A stretch of DNA of 63,023 bases, filler included, from Octopus bimaculoides (Eukaryota): the NCBI RefSeq assembly GCF_001194135.2. It is 7 parts of 7 records of this genome, joined end to end, with 100 filler letters (N's around TTAATTAATTAA, not from the genome) between each part and the next. Parts side by side here need not be neighbours in the genome. Positions count along the whole stretch, not along the records: positions 25,084 to 45,974 come from NC_068984.1; positions 46,075 to 51,076 come from NC_068986.1; 5 more parts are not named here. One strand, given 5' to 3'. Each line of letters starts with the position of its first letter. The stretch's first letter is position 1. The notes beneath the pieces are model-generated. The model had not been told where the DNA came from and did not search any database. It was given only the letters and a program-made list of their open reading frames with translations. Made by a program: the position numbers and the translations under genes. Below, piece by piece: positions 36,455 through 48,856 of this stretch.

Positions 36455-37302
36455 GGCCTATATTGGTGAATTGGAGAATATCTTGACCTAAATTTCCTTA
36501 CCTTAAATTTCCTCTAGCCACTCCTTAGAGTATTGTCCTTCCATTTTCATTCCTATTTCTATATATATATATATATTTTTTTCCTTTTTTCTTCTCTCTT
36601 TTTTCTCTTGCTTGATTCATCCCTAACCTGCTGTCCCTTACTACTTAATCTACCTTTCTCTAAATTGAAATTACTGCTATCTTACCCTTCCTTCTAGAAA
36701 GAAGAACAAATAGAACATATAGAAATTAAATTCCTGTTTGGTTCACTAGACTGTTGATTAACAGCCCAGTCAAGATGGTATTTTCTTCATCTCCTCTTGT
36801 ATTTGCACACATTTACAAAATGACTTTCTGAAATGAGCTTCCATTATGNNNNNNNNNNNNNNNNNNNNNNNNNNNNNNNNNNNNNNNNNNNNNNNNNNNN
36901 NNNNNNNNNNNNNNNNNNNNNNNNNNNNNNNNNNNNNNNNNNNNNNNNNNNNNNNNNNNNNNNNNNNNNNNNNNNNNNNNNNNNNNNNNNNNNNNNNNNN
37001 NNNNNNNNNNNNNNNNNNNNNNNNNNNNNNNNNNNNNNNNNNNNNNNNNNNNNNNNNNNNNNNNNNNNNNNNNNNNNNNNNNNNNNNNNNNNNNNNNNNN
37101 NNNNNNNNNNNNNNNNNNNNNNNNNNNNNNNNNNNNNNNNNNNNNNNNNNNNNNNNNNNNNNNNNNNNNNNNNNNNNNNNNNNNNNNNNNNNNNNNNNNN
37201 NNNNNNNNNNNNNNNNNNNNNNNNNNNNNNNNNNNNNNNNNNNNNNNNNNNNNNNNNNNNNNNNNNNNNNNNNNNNNNNNNNNNNNNNNNNNNNNNNNNN
37301 NN

Positions 37303-37500
37303 GCTGGTGGCATGTAAAAAGCACCCACTACACTCTCAGAGTAGGAAGAGCATCCAGCTGTAGAAACATTGCCAGATCAGACTGGAGCCTGGTGCGGCCT
37401 CCTGGCTTGCCAGTCCCCAGTCAAACCGTCCATCCCATGCCAGCATGGAGAATGGAGGTTAAACAATGATGATGTTGATGGTGATGATGATGATGATGAT
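37303..37500 (+). mobile_element. RTE 3' UTR tail with (GAT)n
   Basis: GGCATGTAAAAAGCACCCACTACAC...GTTAAACAATGATGATG. Confidence 0.75.
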
Positions 37501-39089
37501 TACATCATTGTAAAGTAACTATTTGCATTCAGCTAAATTCATGATCTTCAAACACAAAGTATTCAACATAGTTAACAAATTCACAGAGTAAAAATATCTA
37601 CATTGATCCTGCTAGCTTTCATTTGGCAGAATGAACTTATCAGAATAGTGTATATGTGGTCAGAACAAGGAAGAATTTAGGGGTACTTAGAGTTTATAAT
37701 AGGGGGAGGAGATAATTGACACATGTGACCCAGTTATCTAAACTTCTAATAATAGATGAAGAGTCAGTTGTAGATTTTTTATCTTAAGTAAGCTGTTTAA
37801 GATTTAAAAAATCTAGACAATCAGAGCTGATCCTTCCTCTATTAAATATGTTTCTCTTTAATTTCACCAGTTTTGGAAAAACCTATGACAGCCCTGGGTA
37901 ATGTTATCTTCCTGTAACTAAATAATTACAAAAATAATAAACATCCTTTATTATCAAAGATAACTTTCAAAGTTTTCTAATTTTTTTTTTTTTTTAGGTA
38001 CAATGGGGTCAGTTCAGAAGCTGTGTATGATCGTTTTCATATTTGCAACAATATCATTTATTGCATTTGTAACATTGAAATTTCAAAGTGAGTTATTTTG
38101 TATCCTTTATTTTATGATGTCGCATTGATTTTATTTGTATTTTCAATTTATTTTCCCTATATATGGTTGGATATTTCTGTAAAATTAAATATTCTATTTG
38201 TTATTATTGATGTTTGACTGACATGCTTAGTTGAATGTCAGATAATTTCTAGCATAGAGTTGGTAGAGAGATTAAAGCATTCTTACAAAATGAATGCTCT
38301 GGGTTTAAGAAATCAAATATAGACATCTTATTTGAGTTTCTTACAAAATAAGATCAGACTAAAGGAATATTGAAATATTTTCTTTCATTTATGGTATGTG
38401 AAGAATTTAGATGACCAAAAAACTCCTAATGCCAGAGAGAAGAATATTTGACATTTGGTGTCAGGGAGCAAGATGAACACCATGGGGAAAGTGTAAACTG
38501 AAAAATTGATATAATCTTCATACAAATTTCAGAACATCTAAAATTAAGAAAATAGAACAGATCCTATAGAATGTAAGCTGAATAAATACATATTTACAAG
38601 GAGCTAAGTTAAACTGGCTATCTGAGACTAAAATATTTGAAAAAAATATGTGTAAAGCTCATTGGTACACTTAGTTCAGTGCTGTTACCTACAGAGCCAC
38701 TAGTAATAAAATGTGGTTACAAATCTTTTGGAATTGCTACCAAATTGAATCCAATGTTTTCTGTGATGAGTCATATTTCATTCACTATTACTATATTAGA
38801 ATAGAGAAGAACACAGTCATGTAATTTTCATAATCATTAGACTCTCTTTGTAGATACTGAGTTCTGTATTTTGTCTCACTAACAATACTTTACAATGAGG
38901 TTGGATCAATTTAAAAGTATTTAGAACACAACAAAATTAAATACAATCATCACTTACGTTCAGCAGTTAATGATGATGGTATCGAGGAGCACAATTATTC
39001 ACTGTTGAAATGAAAATTACTCATACAAATTAAAAATATATACATGAAATTTTTTGCATACCAAATATGTAATTATAATGGAAGGAAAG

Positions 39090-40647
39090 CTTTTATGATA
39101 TTTTTGGGGTATCTTCTTCTTCCATTATAATTATTCTCTTGATTCAAGCAGCTGGAAATATGAAGAATAAAGGTGTCGGGCAGAGAAAATTCAATAACCG
39201 TTTATTCACAGGTGCTTCATACAAGGGGTTTGCTTTCAGTAACTATCTACACAGCAGTGCATAGTTAGCCTTCTTTCCCATACATGTGAGGTTCAATAAC
39301 CTCTGGAGACAATGCATGTGGTATCACAGTGGGACAAAAATCCGCAGTAAGCTCCTAGCTTCAAAGTCCTGCTTGGCGTCAGTGTGAGAAGAATGAGAGG
39401 GAAAATGTTGTTGTCTTTTCCTAAAATAACTGTTGCAAGTGAGATCTTGCTGTTTCAAAATGGCGCTGGCTTCTTCGTGTCTTGCTACTGGGGCTTCCTC
39501 CTGAGAACACCAATGCGAAAATAGAGAATAACTGGAGCAGGCACAGGAAAAGAGCAAAGATGGTAACCAATTGCAAACAAGATATGGTACAAAAATGTGA
39601 CAAGTCGAAAAGAAAAATTATTGCAAGAAATATAAATTGGCATGCACAAAATTTGACAAAATGTTCAATGGCAGAGTATTGGAATTGTTCAGTAACACAA
39701 GAAAGCAATTGTCTGTCACGGGAAACACAAAAGAGATTGTCAGATATAAATAGTTTTGGTAAGTTTTTTGGGCCAATGCGCAGTACAGCCTGTCCTGGTG
39801 ACATAAGGTTTGTTTGTGTTAGGTTGTGGTGACAAAGGTGGAGGTGAAGGTGATGGTGTGGTCAAAGGTGGATGTGTAGGTGGTTGTAAAGGATCAAAAG
39901 TGGGCATGGCCGGAGTGTCATCGAAGGGTGTGGAAACCTCAAAATATGCCTTTTTAAGTCTGTCAACTGATACGGTCTTTGCCCGACCATTGATGTCGAG
40001 ACTAAAAGTTTTAGGTGTGCGGAATCGCACATGAAACGATCCTTTTATACGGAGAAACGAGCAGTCCTCTGACAGAATCATCCCGAGCAAAAACATGAGT
40101 CTATTTGTCAATGTCCGGTGGGATGTGAGAGGAAATAGATTGGTCATGCGGATACATTGGTGAAAGACTTGATAAATTCAAGCGAAGTCTGGTGACATAC
40201 AACGTTGGATCAGGATTCAATGAATTGGCTGGTGCTAACATTGTACCAAGTTTTTATGATACATTTGGGGTATCTTTTTGCATTATAATTATTCAGTTGA
40301 TTCAAGCAGCTGGAAATATGAAGAATAAAGCTCTCAGGCAGAGAAAATTCAATAACCGTTTATTCACACGTGCTTCATACAAGGGGTTTGCTTTCAGTAA
40401 CCATCTTCACAGCAGTGCATAGTTAGCCTTCTCTTCCATACACGTGAGGTTCAATAACCTCTGGAGACAATGCATGTGGTATCACAGTGGGACAAAAGTC
40501 CACTGTGAGCTCCTGGCCTTGAAGTCTTGCTCAGTGTCAGCATGAGAAGAATGAGAGGGAAAATGTTGTCGTCTTTTCCTTAAATAATGGTTGCAGGAGA
40601 GATCTCACTGTTTCAAAATGGTGCTGGCTTCTTTGTGCCTCGCTACA
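39090..40647 (-). mobile_element. internally deleted Ty3/Gypsy LTR element with two ~400-bp LTRs
   Basis: Direct repeats about 39090-39489 and 40251-40647 (ends ...GCTACA); integrase tail KTFSLDINGRAKTVSVDRLKKA in ORF 39740..40147; purine tract AGGAGGAAG next to the 3' LTR on the minus strand. Confidence 0.82.
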
Positions 40648-41675
40648 TTTTTTTTTTTTTTGCATATAATTAACAGCATTGTGAATCTCTCAATGCTTAA
40701 CAACAAACTGTGACCAGAAAATTGTCAAAAATTAAGGGAAACTAACAAATATAATAATGCTAAATATAAAAGCAAACTCTCTGTTGTTATTTTATGTCTA
40801 CATAAAATCTTGCCAGTTTTTTTATGTAATCTTTTGTGTAGTTTTTCAAATAATCAAGATAGCGAAGGAAATCCAATAATGAGAAAATTAGCAAGTGATT
40901 CAAGGTTTGGACTGTTCTATAAACACAGGAAGAGACTAATCATTATATTCCCATTTCACTTTGATATCTGTAGTTAAAATTAATCAAATATAATGTCATT
41001 AGAGATATTTCCATTTGCATCATGCTAACCCTAAACTTTTTGACAAATTTTCAGCTTCACAATTGTTAACATGAAACAAGAAGTATCCAAGCGAGATGTT
41101 TAGTTTAATATCAAAGAGTTGTTTAAAAAGAGTTCCAATTAAGATTATAATCTTGTGCCAAAGGGAAATTTTTGTAGAGACTTGTTTCCCAATGAGAAAT
41201 GAAATAATATAAGAAATGATATTTCATATGAACAAACATCACAATGAATGAATAAAATCATTTAGGGAGTGCTACAAATACAATTAGAGAGACCAGACAG
41301 TAATGCTGCACACCTGATAAATTATAGCTTAGTGTGTGAATGCATTACTGTCGTTGTCATTGTCATTGCTTTAGCATCTGCTTTTCCTTGCTTGTATGAG
41401 TCAGATGAGACTTTGTTGAGGCAGAATCTTCTATGGCCAATTGCCCTTCCTGAGGCCAAACCTAACCGGTTTCTAAGCAAGATAATAATCCCCCAGTCTA
41501 TCAAATAAATAACCTGGATATGCTTTGATGGTAACTACAAAGGGCACCATTTGTATTAACAGTGAGACTTTTGTTTTCAAATGTCAAGATGAGGGAGAAT
41601 GCATCTCAGTCACATACATATACATACATAGATGTGTGTGTGTGTGTGTGTGTGTGCATTATGATTGTGATAATA

Positions 41676-42965
41676 TCAGGTCATTAAGAATGAAATGTTC
41701 AATTTTCTTATACACCAAGTTTGACAGTCGTTAACTCTAATGTTTTATCCTGCCGATTCTTTGTTTTAGAACATTGAAGAGGTACATTATCACTTTTCGA
41801 AATGCAATTCATGGTGACTGATTGTATTGTGAGTTTTCTCTTGTAAATCAGTTTTTGTGAACCCATGGAGAGATAAAAAAATTTGTGTTGTTTATGAATA
41901 TGAGTTCCCTCATGAAACCAATGCATCTCAGACAGCTCGAAATATCAATGAGGTGTTTGGTGAAGATGTAGCAAATGAGTGCACTGTACACCGATGGTTT
42001 GAGAAGTTCCGGTCTGGTGATTTTACTCTTGAAAATCAGCCCCATGGTAGATCTGAAACCAAGGTGGATAATGATGAGCTTGAAACTGTAGTGGAAGTGG
42101 ATACATCTCAAACTATGTATGAGTTAGCAGCAAGGTTTGATATTTTGATTCCAACTGTATTGGAACATCTGAAACAAATCAGCAAGGTAAAAAAGCTGGA
42201 CAAGCGGGTACCACATGAACTGAATGAGTATCAAATAACACATCATCTTGAAATTTGCTGTTCTTTGCTGTCTAGCATAAAAGTGAACCATTTTGGCATT
42301 GTATTATTATGTGTGATGAAAAATGGATTCTTTTTAACAACAGAAAGGGTTCTGCATAGTGGTTAGATAGAAACGAAGTGCCAAAACACAATCCAAAAAA
42401 GAATATTCACCAAAAAAAAAACAACTAATGGTGTCTGTTTTGTGGTCCAGGACTGGTCTCATCCATTACAGCTTCATGAGACCTGATAAGTCAATTACAG
42501 CAGATATACACATCAACCAGTTAGATGAAATGATGAGTGAACTTGCAATTAAACAACTGAGATTGGTCAATAGAGACAGGCCAATTCTCTTGCAAGACAA
42601 TGTTTAACAACATGTTGCACAAAGAACGCTACTCAAGTTACAGGAACTGAACTTGGAAGTACTCTGTCATCCACCAAATTCATCAGACCTTGCGCCAACT
42701 GACTATCACATTTTCCAGACATTAGACAACATTTTGCAAGGAAAAAATTTCAAATCTGAAGAAGATGCAAAAACAGCCTTTCATGATTTCATCACCTCTT
42801 GCTCTCCAGAATTCTTCACTGCTGGTATAAATAAGCCACCAATAAAATGGCAAAATTGTGTTGATAATTTAGGTGCATACTTTGAGTAACTGCATTGCTT
42901 TTTGTTGAGATAAAGTAAAATAAACTTTCAGTTCAAAATTGGACATTTCATTCTTAATGACCTGA
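41676..42965 (+). mobile_element. full-span mariner (Hsmar1/cecropia-like), frameshifted
   Basis: TIRs TCAGGTCATTAAGAATGAAATGT(T/C)CAATTTT at 41676 and 42965; KKLDKRVPHELNE, CDEKW, LQDN, SSDLAPTDYH (DD34D). Confidence 0.92.
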
Positions 42966-43133
42966 GTGGCTGTGTGGTAAGTAGCTTGCTTACCAACCAC
43001 ATGGTTCTGGGTTCAGTCCCACTGCATGGCACCTTGGACAAGTGTCTTCTACTATAGCCTCGGGCCGACCAAAGCCTTGTGAGTGAATTTGGTAGACGGA
43101 AACTGAAAGAAGCTTGTCGTATATATATATATG

Positions 43134-43180
<47 letters not shown>

Positions 43181-43312
43181 GTGTGTGTGTTTGTCCCCCC
43201 AACATCACTTGACAACCGATACTGGTGTGTTNNNNNNNNNNNNNNNNNNGGTGCTCCAGCATGGCCACAGTCAAATGACTGAAACAAGTAAAAGAGTACT
43301 TATATACACACA
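42964..43312 (+). mobile_element. SINE family A abutting the mariner right TIR
   Basis: GAGTGGCTGTGTGGTAAGTAGC head starts within the last TIR bases. Confidence 0.82.
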
Positions 43313-43395
43313 AACACAGACACAAGTGTGTACAACCATATCTAATGTTTATATATATATAATATATGTATTATGATAACAATAATAATAATGAT

Positions 43396-43429
<34 letters not shown>

Positions 43430-43442
<13 letters not shown>

Positions 43443-44848
43443 TTTAACCTAGCAAAAACCAAAGTCTTAGTAAGTAGGAAGGCCGACAAATCACAAAACC
43501 CTTCAGGTAGATGGCCCTGCTCAATCTGTAGAAAAAGCGTGGGTAGAAACTCCATATGATGTAACTAGTGTAAGCTATGGACACAGAAAAGGTGCTGCAA
43601 TGTCAAAGGAAGGTTAACTAGGAAGATAGTTTTTTTGTGTGGCAGATGCACAGGGGTAATAAACACTGAAGATGTATAGAAAACAGATTCCATCACATTC
43701 CAGAGGGTAAAACTAGAAGTCGTTGATAGCTTCCGCTACATAGGTCACCAAGTCTGTAGTGGGATTGGTTGCTCTGAGAGTGTAGTGGCTAGAATAAAGA
43801 TAGCCTGGGTAAAGTTCAGTGAGCTCCTACTTCTGCTGGCAAATAAGGGCCTCTCACTCAGGATGAAAGGTAGACTGTATGATGCATGTGTATGAACTAC
43901 CATGCTACATGGCAGTGAAACATGGGCCATTACTGCAGAGGACATGCATAGGCTTGAAAGAAATGAAGCTAATATCAGCCGCTGGATGTGTAATGTCAGT
44001 GTGCATACACAACAGAGTGTAAGCATCCTGAGAGAAAAGTTGGACATATGAAGCATCAAATGTGGTGTGCAAGAGAGATGACTGCACTGGTATAGTCATG
44101 TGTTATGTATGGAAGAGGACAGCTGTGTGAGGAAGTGCCACACTCTAACTGTGAAAGGAACCCATAGAAGACATGAGATGAGATGGTGAAGCATGACAGG
44201 AGGCCGAGACCTTTAGAGGTATGCCATAGTTGAGAAGATCCGGAAACTAAAGTGAGTTCGCAGCCATGGCCGATGCCAGTGTTACATGTCCAGCCCATTT
44301 AAGAGTACCCTTGATGTGCCGGGTGATATATGCTTAAGAAGACCTGTTGAGTCAAAAAAAAACAAAATTGTAGCTGTCGTCAGTACCCCCAACTAGCTCC
44401 CGTTCCCGTGGCACATAAAATGCATCATCTGAATGTAGTCGATGCCAGTGTTCCCTGACTGGCTCCCATGCTAGTGGCACATAAAAAACACCATCCAAAC
44501 ATGGTCGATGCTAGGTCTGCCTGACTGGCTCCTGTGCTGGAGGCACGTAAAAAGCACCATCCTAATATGGCCGATGCCAGTACCCCACTGACTGGCTCCT
44601 GTGCCAGTGACACGTAAAAAGCACTACCTGAATATGATCGATGCCAGGCCCGCCTAACTGGCTCCTGTGCTGATGGCATGTAAAAAGCACCCACTACACT
44701 CTCAGAATGGTTGATGTTAGGAAGGGCATCCAGCTGTAGAAACATTGCCAGATCAGATTGGAGCCTGGTGCAACTGCTGGCTCTCCAGACCTCAGTCAAA
44801 CCGTCCAACCCATACCAGCATGGAAAACGGATGTTAAACGATGATGAT
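43430..44848 (+). mobile_element. 5'-truncated RTE LINE with five 66-bp tandem units in the 3' UTR
   Basis: KFSELLLLLANKGLSLRMKGRLYDACV..TMLHGSETW; 3' UTR units at 44410, 44476, 44542, 44609, 44675; (GAT)n tail. Confidence 0.88.
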
Positions 44849-45354
44849 GATAGAAAATATATAAAAAAACAAGAAGAGGAAGTGCAGAACTAATGTATTC
44901 ACTTGAATCTCAATAAAAAGTGAGGGTTTTTGATGTTTCAAGCATAGTTCTTCATTGCAAAGGAAAATGGAAAAAGTACAGAGAAGGGAAAAAAATGACC
45001 AACAGCATGTGTGTAGTCACAGCACACACAATCGTGTACNNNNNNNNNNTCCAGACCTCAGTCAAACCGTCCAACCCATACCAGCATGGAAAACGGATGT
45101 TAAACGATGATGATGATAGAAAATATATAAAAAAACAAGAAGAGGAAGTGCAGAACTAATGTATTCACTTGAATCTCAATAAAAAGTGAGGGTTTTTGAT
45201 GTTTCAAGCATAGTTCTTCATTGCAAAGGAAAATGGAAAAAGTACAGAGAAGGGAAAAAAATGACCAACAGCATGTGTGTAGTCACAGCACACACAATCG
45301 TGTACAACCATATTTAATATTCATGAATATTTATTGTGTGTGCATGTGTGCGTG

Positions 45355-45395
<41 letters not shown>

Positions 45396-45704
45396 CGGTG
45401 AGAGTTAGAGGTTGGGAAGCCAACCAACAAAGGATAGTACTTATCCAATATACTGCTGGTAGTGTACCCAATTATTAATACCCAAGTGTTGGTTATTGCG
45501 TAGCAATTTCGCAATTGAGTGTCATATATAGGTGGGGGTAAAATGTGGTTTTACCCTTAATTTATACAGCAAAAAAGGAAATGGAGGAGGTACAAAAATG
45601 ACATACATCAGCCGGTAGACATTCTATTATGTCTAGTTATTCTAAAACATAAGGAAGTATTATAAGAATACATACACCTGCAAAGACCGTGTGTTACACA
45701 AATA

Positions 45705-45975
45705 TCATCATCATCGTTTAACGTCCGCTTTCCATGCTAGCATGGGTTGGACGATTTGACTGAGGACTGGTGAAACCGGATGGCAACACCAGGCTCCAGT
45801 CTGATTTGGCAGAGTTTCTACAGCTGGATGCCCTTCCTAACGCCAACCACTCAGAGAGTGTAGTGGGTGCTTTTACGTGTCACCTGCACGAAAACGGCCA
45901 CGCTCGAAATGGTGTCTTTTATGTGCCACCCGCACAAGCCAGTCCAGGGGCACTGGCAACGATCTCGCTCGAAAN
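45705..45975 (-). mobile_element. RTE 3' UTR fragment
   Basis: Near-identical to 18015-18300. Confidence 0.8.
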
Positions 45976-46421
45976 NNNNNNNNNNNNNNNNNNNNNNNNN
46001 NNNNNNNNNNNNNNNNNNTTAATTAATTAANNNNNNNNNNNNNNNNNNNNNNNNNNNNNNNNNNNNNNNNNNNNGATGAAAGTTTAATCTATGACATTGT
46101 ATGTATCACTTTCTCTCTCTCTCCCTCTTTTACTTTTACTCTCTATATTTTTATGTTGAGCGCATGTGTAAGAATGGCGTTCCAGGTAGCAGGGATGAAA
46201 TATAAAAGTTGCTAGAAACAACAGCCAAATCTCCCTTAAATCACACAAAATAAACGGAATTTAAAAAATCTAATTACTGCACCGGAAAGTTCAGATCGAG
46301 AAAATTCCATTGATGTAAAAATTTTTACGAAGAAGTGGAAAATGTGGATTTCTATAAACATTTAAAAAGGCTTCACACAAACACACAATTTCAGATTTAT
46401 ATATTAAGATATATGTATATA

Positions 46422-47058
46422 TACGACGGGCTTCGTTCAGTTTCCGCCTATCAAATCCACTCACAAGGCTTTGGTCGGCCCGAGGCTATTGTAGAAGACA
46501 CTTGCCCAAGGTGCCACGCAGTGGGAATGAACCCGGAACCATGTGGTTGGTAAGCAAGCTACTTACCACACTGCCACGCCTGCACCTAAATTGTTACAAG
46601 TATCTTATTAAATACAAACAAAACATGAATCAGTTTTCAGAATGTAAATGAAAAGACCTTTGATATCAACATAGAATATTTATTATTTTCCTTAGGTATG
46701 GCTATGTGGTTAAGAAGCGCGTTTTATAACCACATGGCTCCAGGTTCAATCACACTAGGCTACACATTGGCTCTGAGCCTACTATCATCTTGTGCGTGTA
46801 TTTGATAAAGGGAAACTATGTGGAAGCTCGTCGTATAATCATGTGTATGCACGGGTGTTTGTGTTTGTTCCCACCGTATATTAACAACTGGTGTTGCTAA
46901 CTTTACATCCCCGTTAGTGACTCGTTAAAAAGAGACCGGTAGAATAAGTTTATACTTAGAAAATATGTACTGGGGACGATTTTCTCAATTAAACCCTTGA
47001 AGGCGATACCCCAGCATGGCCGCAGTCCAATGACTGAAAAAACAAATGAAAGTAAAAA
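46422..47058. mobile_element. two divergently oriented SINE family A copies (46422-46585 minus; 46697-47058 plus)
   Basis: Family A head and tail motifs on opposite strands. Confidence 0.72.
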
Positions 47059-47084
47059 GTAATCTCTTGAGGAGAAATTGAACC

Positions 47085-48856
47085 GGAAGACCAAGTTTAT
47101 GGGCGTAGCACGCCGGGTGAAATGCTTAGCTGTATTTTGTTTGCCGTTATGTTCTGAGTTCAAATTCAGCTGAGGTCGACTTTGCTTTTCATCCTTTCGG
47201 GGTCGATAAATTAAGTACCAGCTGCGTGTTGGGATCGATCTAATCGACTGGCCTCCATCCTATACATTTCAGGCCTTGTGTCGAGAGTAGAAAAGAATAT
47301 CTATGATCGAAAGGCGGCGAACTGGCAAAAGCGTTAGCACGCCCCTATTTCTTCTGAGTTCAAATTCCACCGAAGTCGGCTTTGCCTTTCATCCTTTCGG
47401 GGTCGATTAAACAAGTACTAGTTACGAACTGGGGTAGATGTAATCGACTTTATCCCTTTCATTGTCCTTGTTTGTCCACTCTATGTTTACCCCCCTGTGA
47501 ACAATAATGAAAGAAATATCCATGATCGAGCCATTTGTGGAACTGCGCAAGAAAAACGTTCAATTTGGTTTACCAGAATTTCAGCAAATGGCGTTCGATC
47601 ATAGGGAGAGAATGGTTTCACTGATAATTTTGTGATGATGTTTGGTAACAAAGACTTTTGCATAAAAGACCATTAATCGAGATTTATCTACATGAGATGT
47701 GGAAGGACATGGCCTAGGGTTAGAGCAGCGGACTCGCGGTCGAGGGATCGTGGGTTCAGATTTCAGACCGGGTGGTGTGTGTGCTTATGAGCGAAACATC
47801 TAAGTTCTACGCGGCTCCAGCAAAAGGTAATGGTGAACTTCTGCTGACTCTTTCGCCACAACTTTCTCTCACTCTTTCTTCCTGCATCTAGCAGTTCACC
47901 TGTGACGGACCGGCGTCCCGTCCAGGCGGGGAACCGGCCCTTATGAGCCAGGCATGGCTCGAGAAGGAACAAACAACAACACATCTACATAAACTATTTT
48001 AGTTCAAAATAATCACCAAGTGTGATATTTATAAAGACGTCTAACACTGATGGTGCTAATTCAAGGAGTGATGAAGATGGCGAGTTGGCATAATTGTTAA
48101 GGACGTCGGGCAAAATACTTAGCGACATTTCTTCTGGGCTTTGGTTTTGAGTTCAAATTCCGCCTAGGTCGACTTTGCTTTTCCTTATTTCCAGGTCGAT
48201 AAAGTAAAGAGGGATTCAAGACAGGGATCAATGTAATCGAGTTCCCCCTTCCTTCAAAAACTGATGCGCTTTTGCCGAATTTTAAAAAGAATTGCTTAAA
48301 TAAGGAAAGGAGATACTTTTAGTAATTGTTTGTTCGAAAGCTTTTCCTGTAGAATATTCTTGCTTAAATCCGATCACAGAAAATACATGGTAGATTCCAC
48401 CTGAAAAGTAACTCTTGTAGACCCTCAAATAGTGAACTGGCAAATTTGTTAGCACGCCGGATAAAATTGCAAAATTACCATTGATATAGGAAAAACTATA
48501 TATATAAAGAAACACCACAGAATTGGCGACGAGCTGGCAGAATCGTTATAACGCCGGGCGAAATGCTTAGCGGTTTTTCGTCTGCCGTTACGTTCTGAGT
48601 TCAAATTCCGCCGAGGTCGACTTTGCCTTTTATCCTTTCGGGGTCGATTAAATAAGTACAAGTTACGCACTGAGATCGATGTAATCGACTTAACCCCTTT
48701 GTCTGTCCTTGTTTGTCCCCTCTATGTTTAGCCCCTTGTGGGCATTAAAGAAATAAGAAGCGTTAGCACGCCGGGCGAAATGCTTAGCGGTATTTCGTCT
48801 GCCGCTACGTTCTGAGTTCAAATTCCGCCGAGGTCGACTTTGCCTTTCATCCTTTC
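47085..48856 (+). mobile_element. cluster of at least five SINE family B copies
   Basis: Copies at about 47085-47297, 47310-47515, 48075-48275, 48525-48755 and 48760-48856, plus a head-only fragment at about 48430. Confidence 0.82.
47700..47980 (+). mobile_element. tRNA-derived SINE with a V-domain-like core (family C)
   Basis: A/B boxes at about 47710 and 47752; CCTGTGACGGACCGGCGTCCCGTCCAGG (47899-47926) resembles the V-SINE core CTGCGATGGACTGGCGxCCxGTCCAGGG; (AAC)n tail. Confidence 0.6.

Noticed and set aside
38946-38992. Minus-strand AG...GTAAGT-bounded mini-exon
   Set aside because: Stop codons in all three frames; no support beyond the splice motifs.
44405-44700. CRISPR-like repeat/spacer periodicity (66 bp)
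   Set aside because: Eukaryotic context, no cas genes, the spacers are homologous to each other, and the array is part of an RTE 3' UTR.
44784-45305. Exact 256-bp direct duplication (44784-45039 = 45050-45305)
   Set aside because: Identical copies flank a 10-N gap; this is an unmerged contig overlap, not a tandem duplication.
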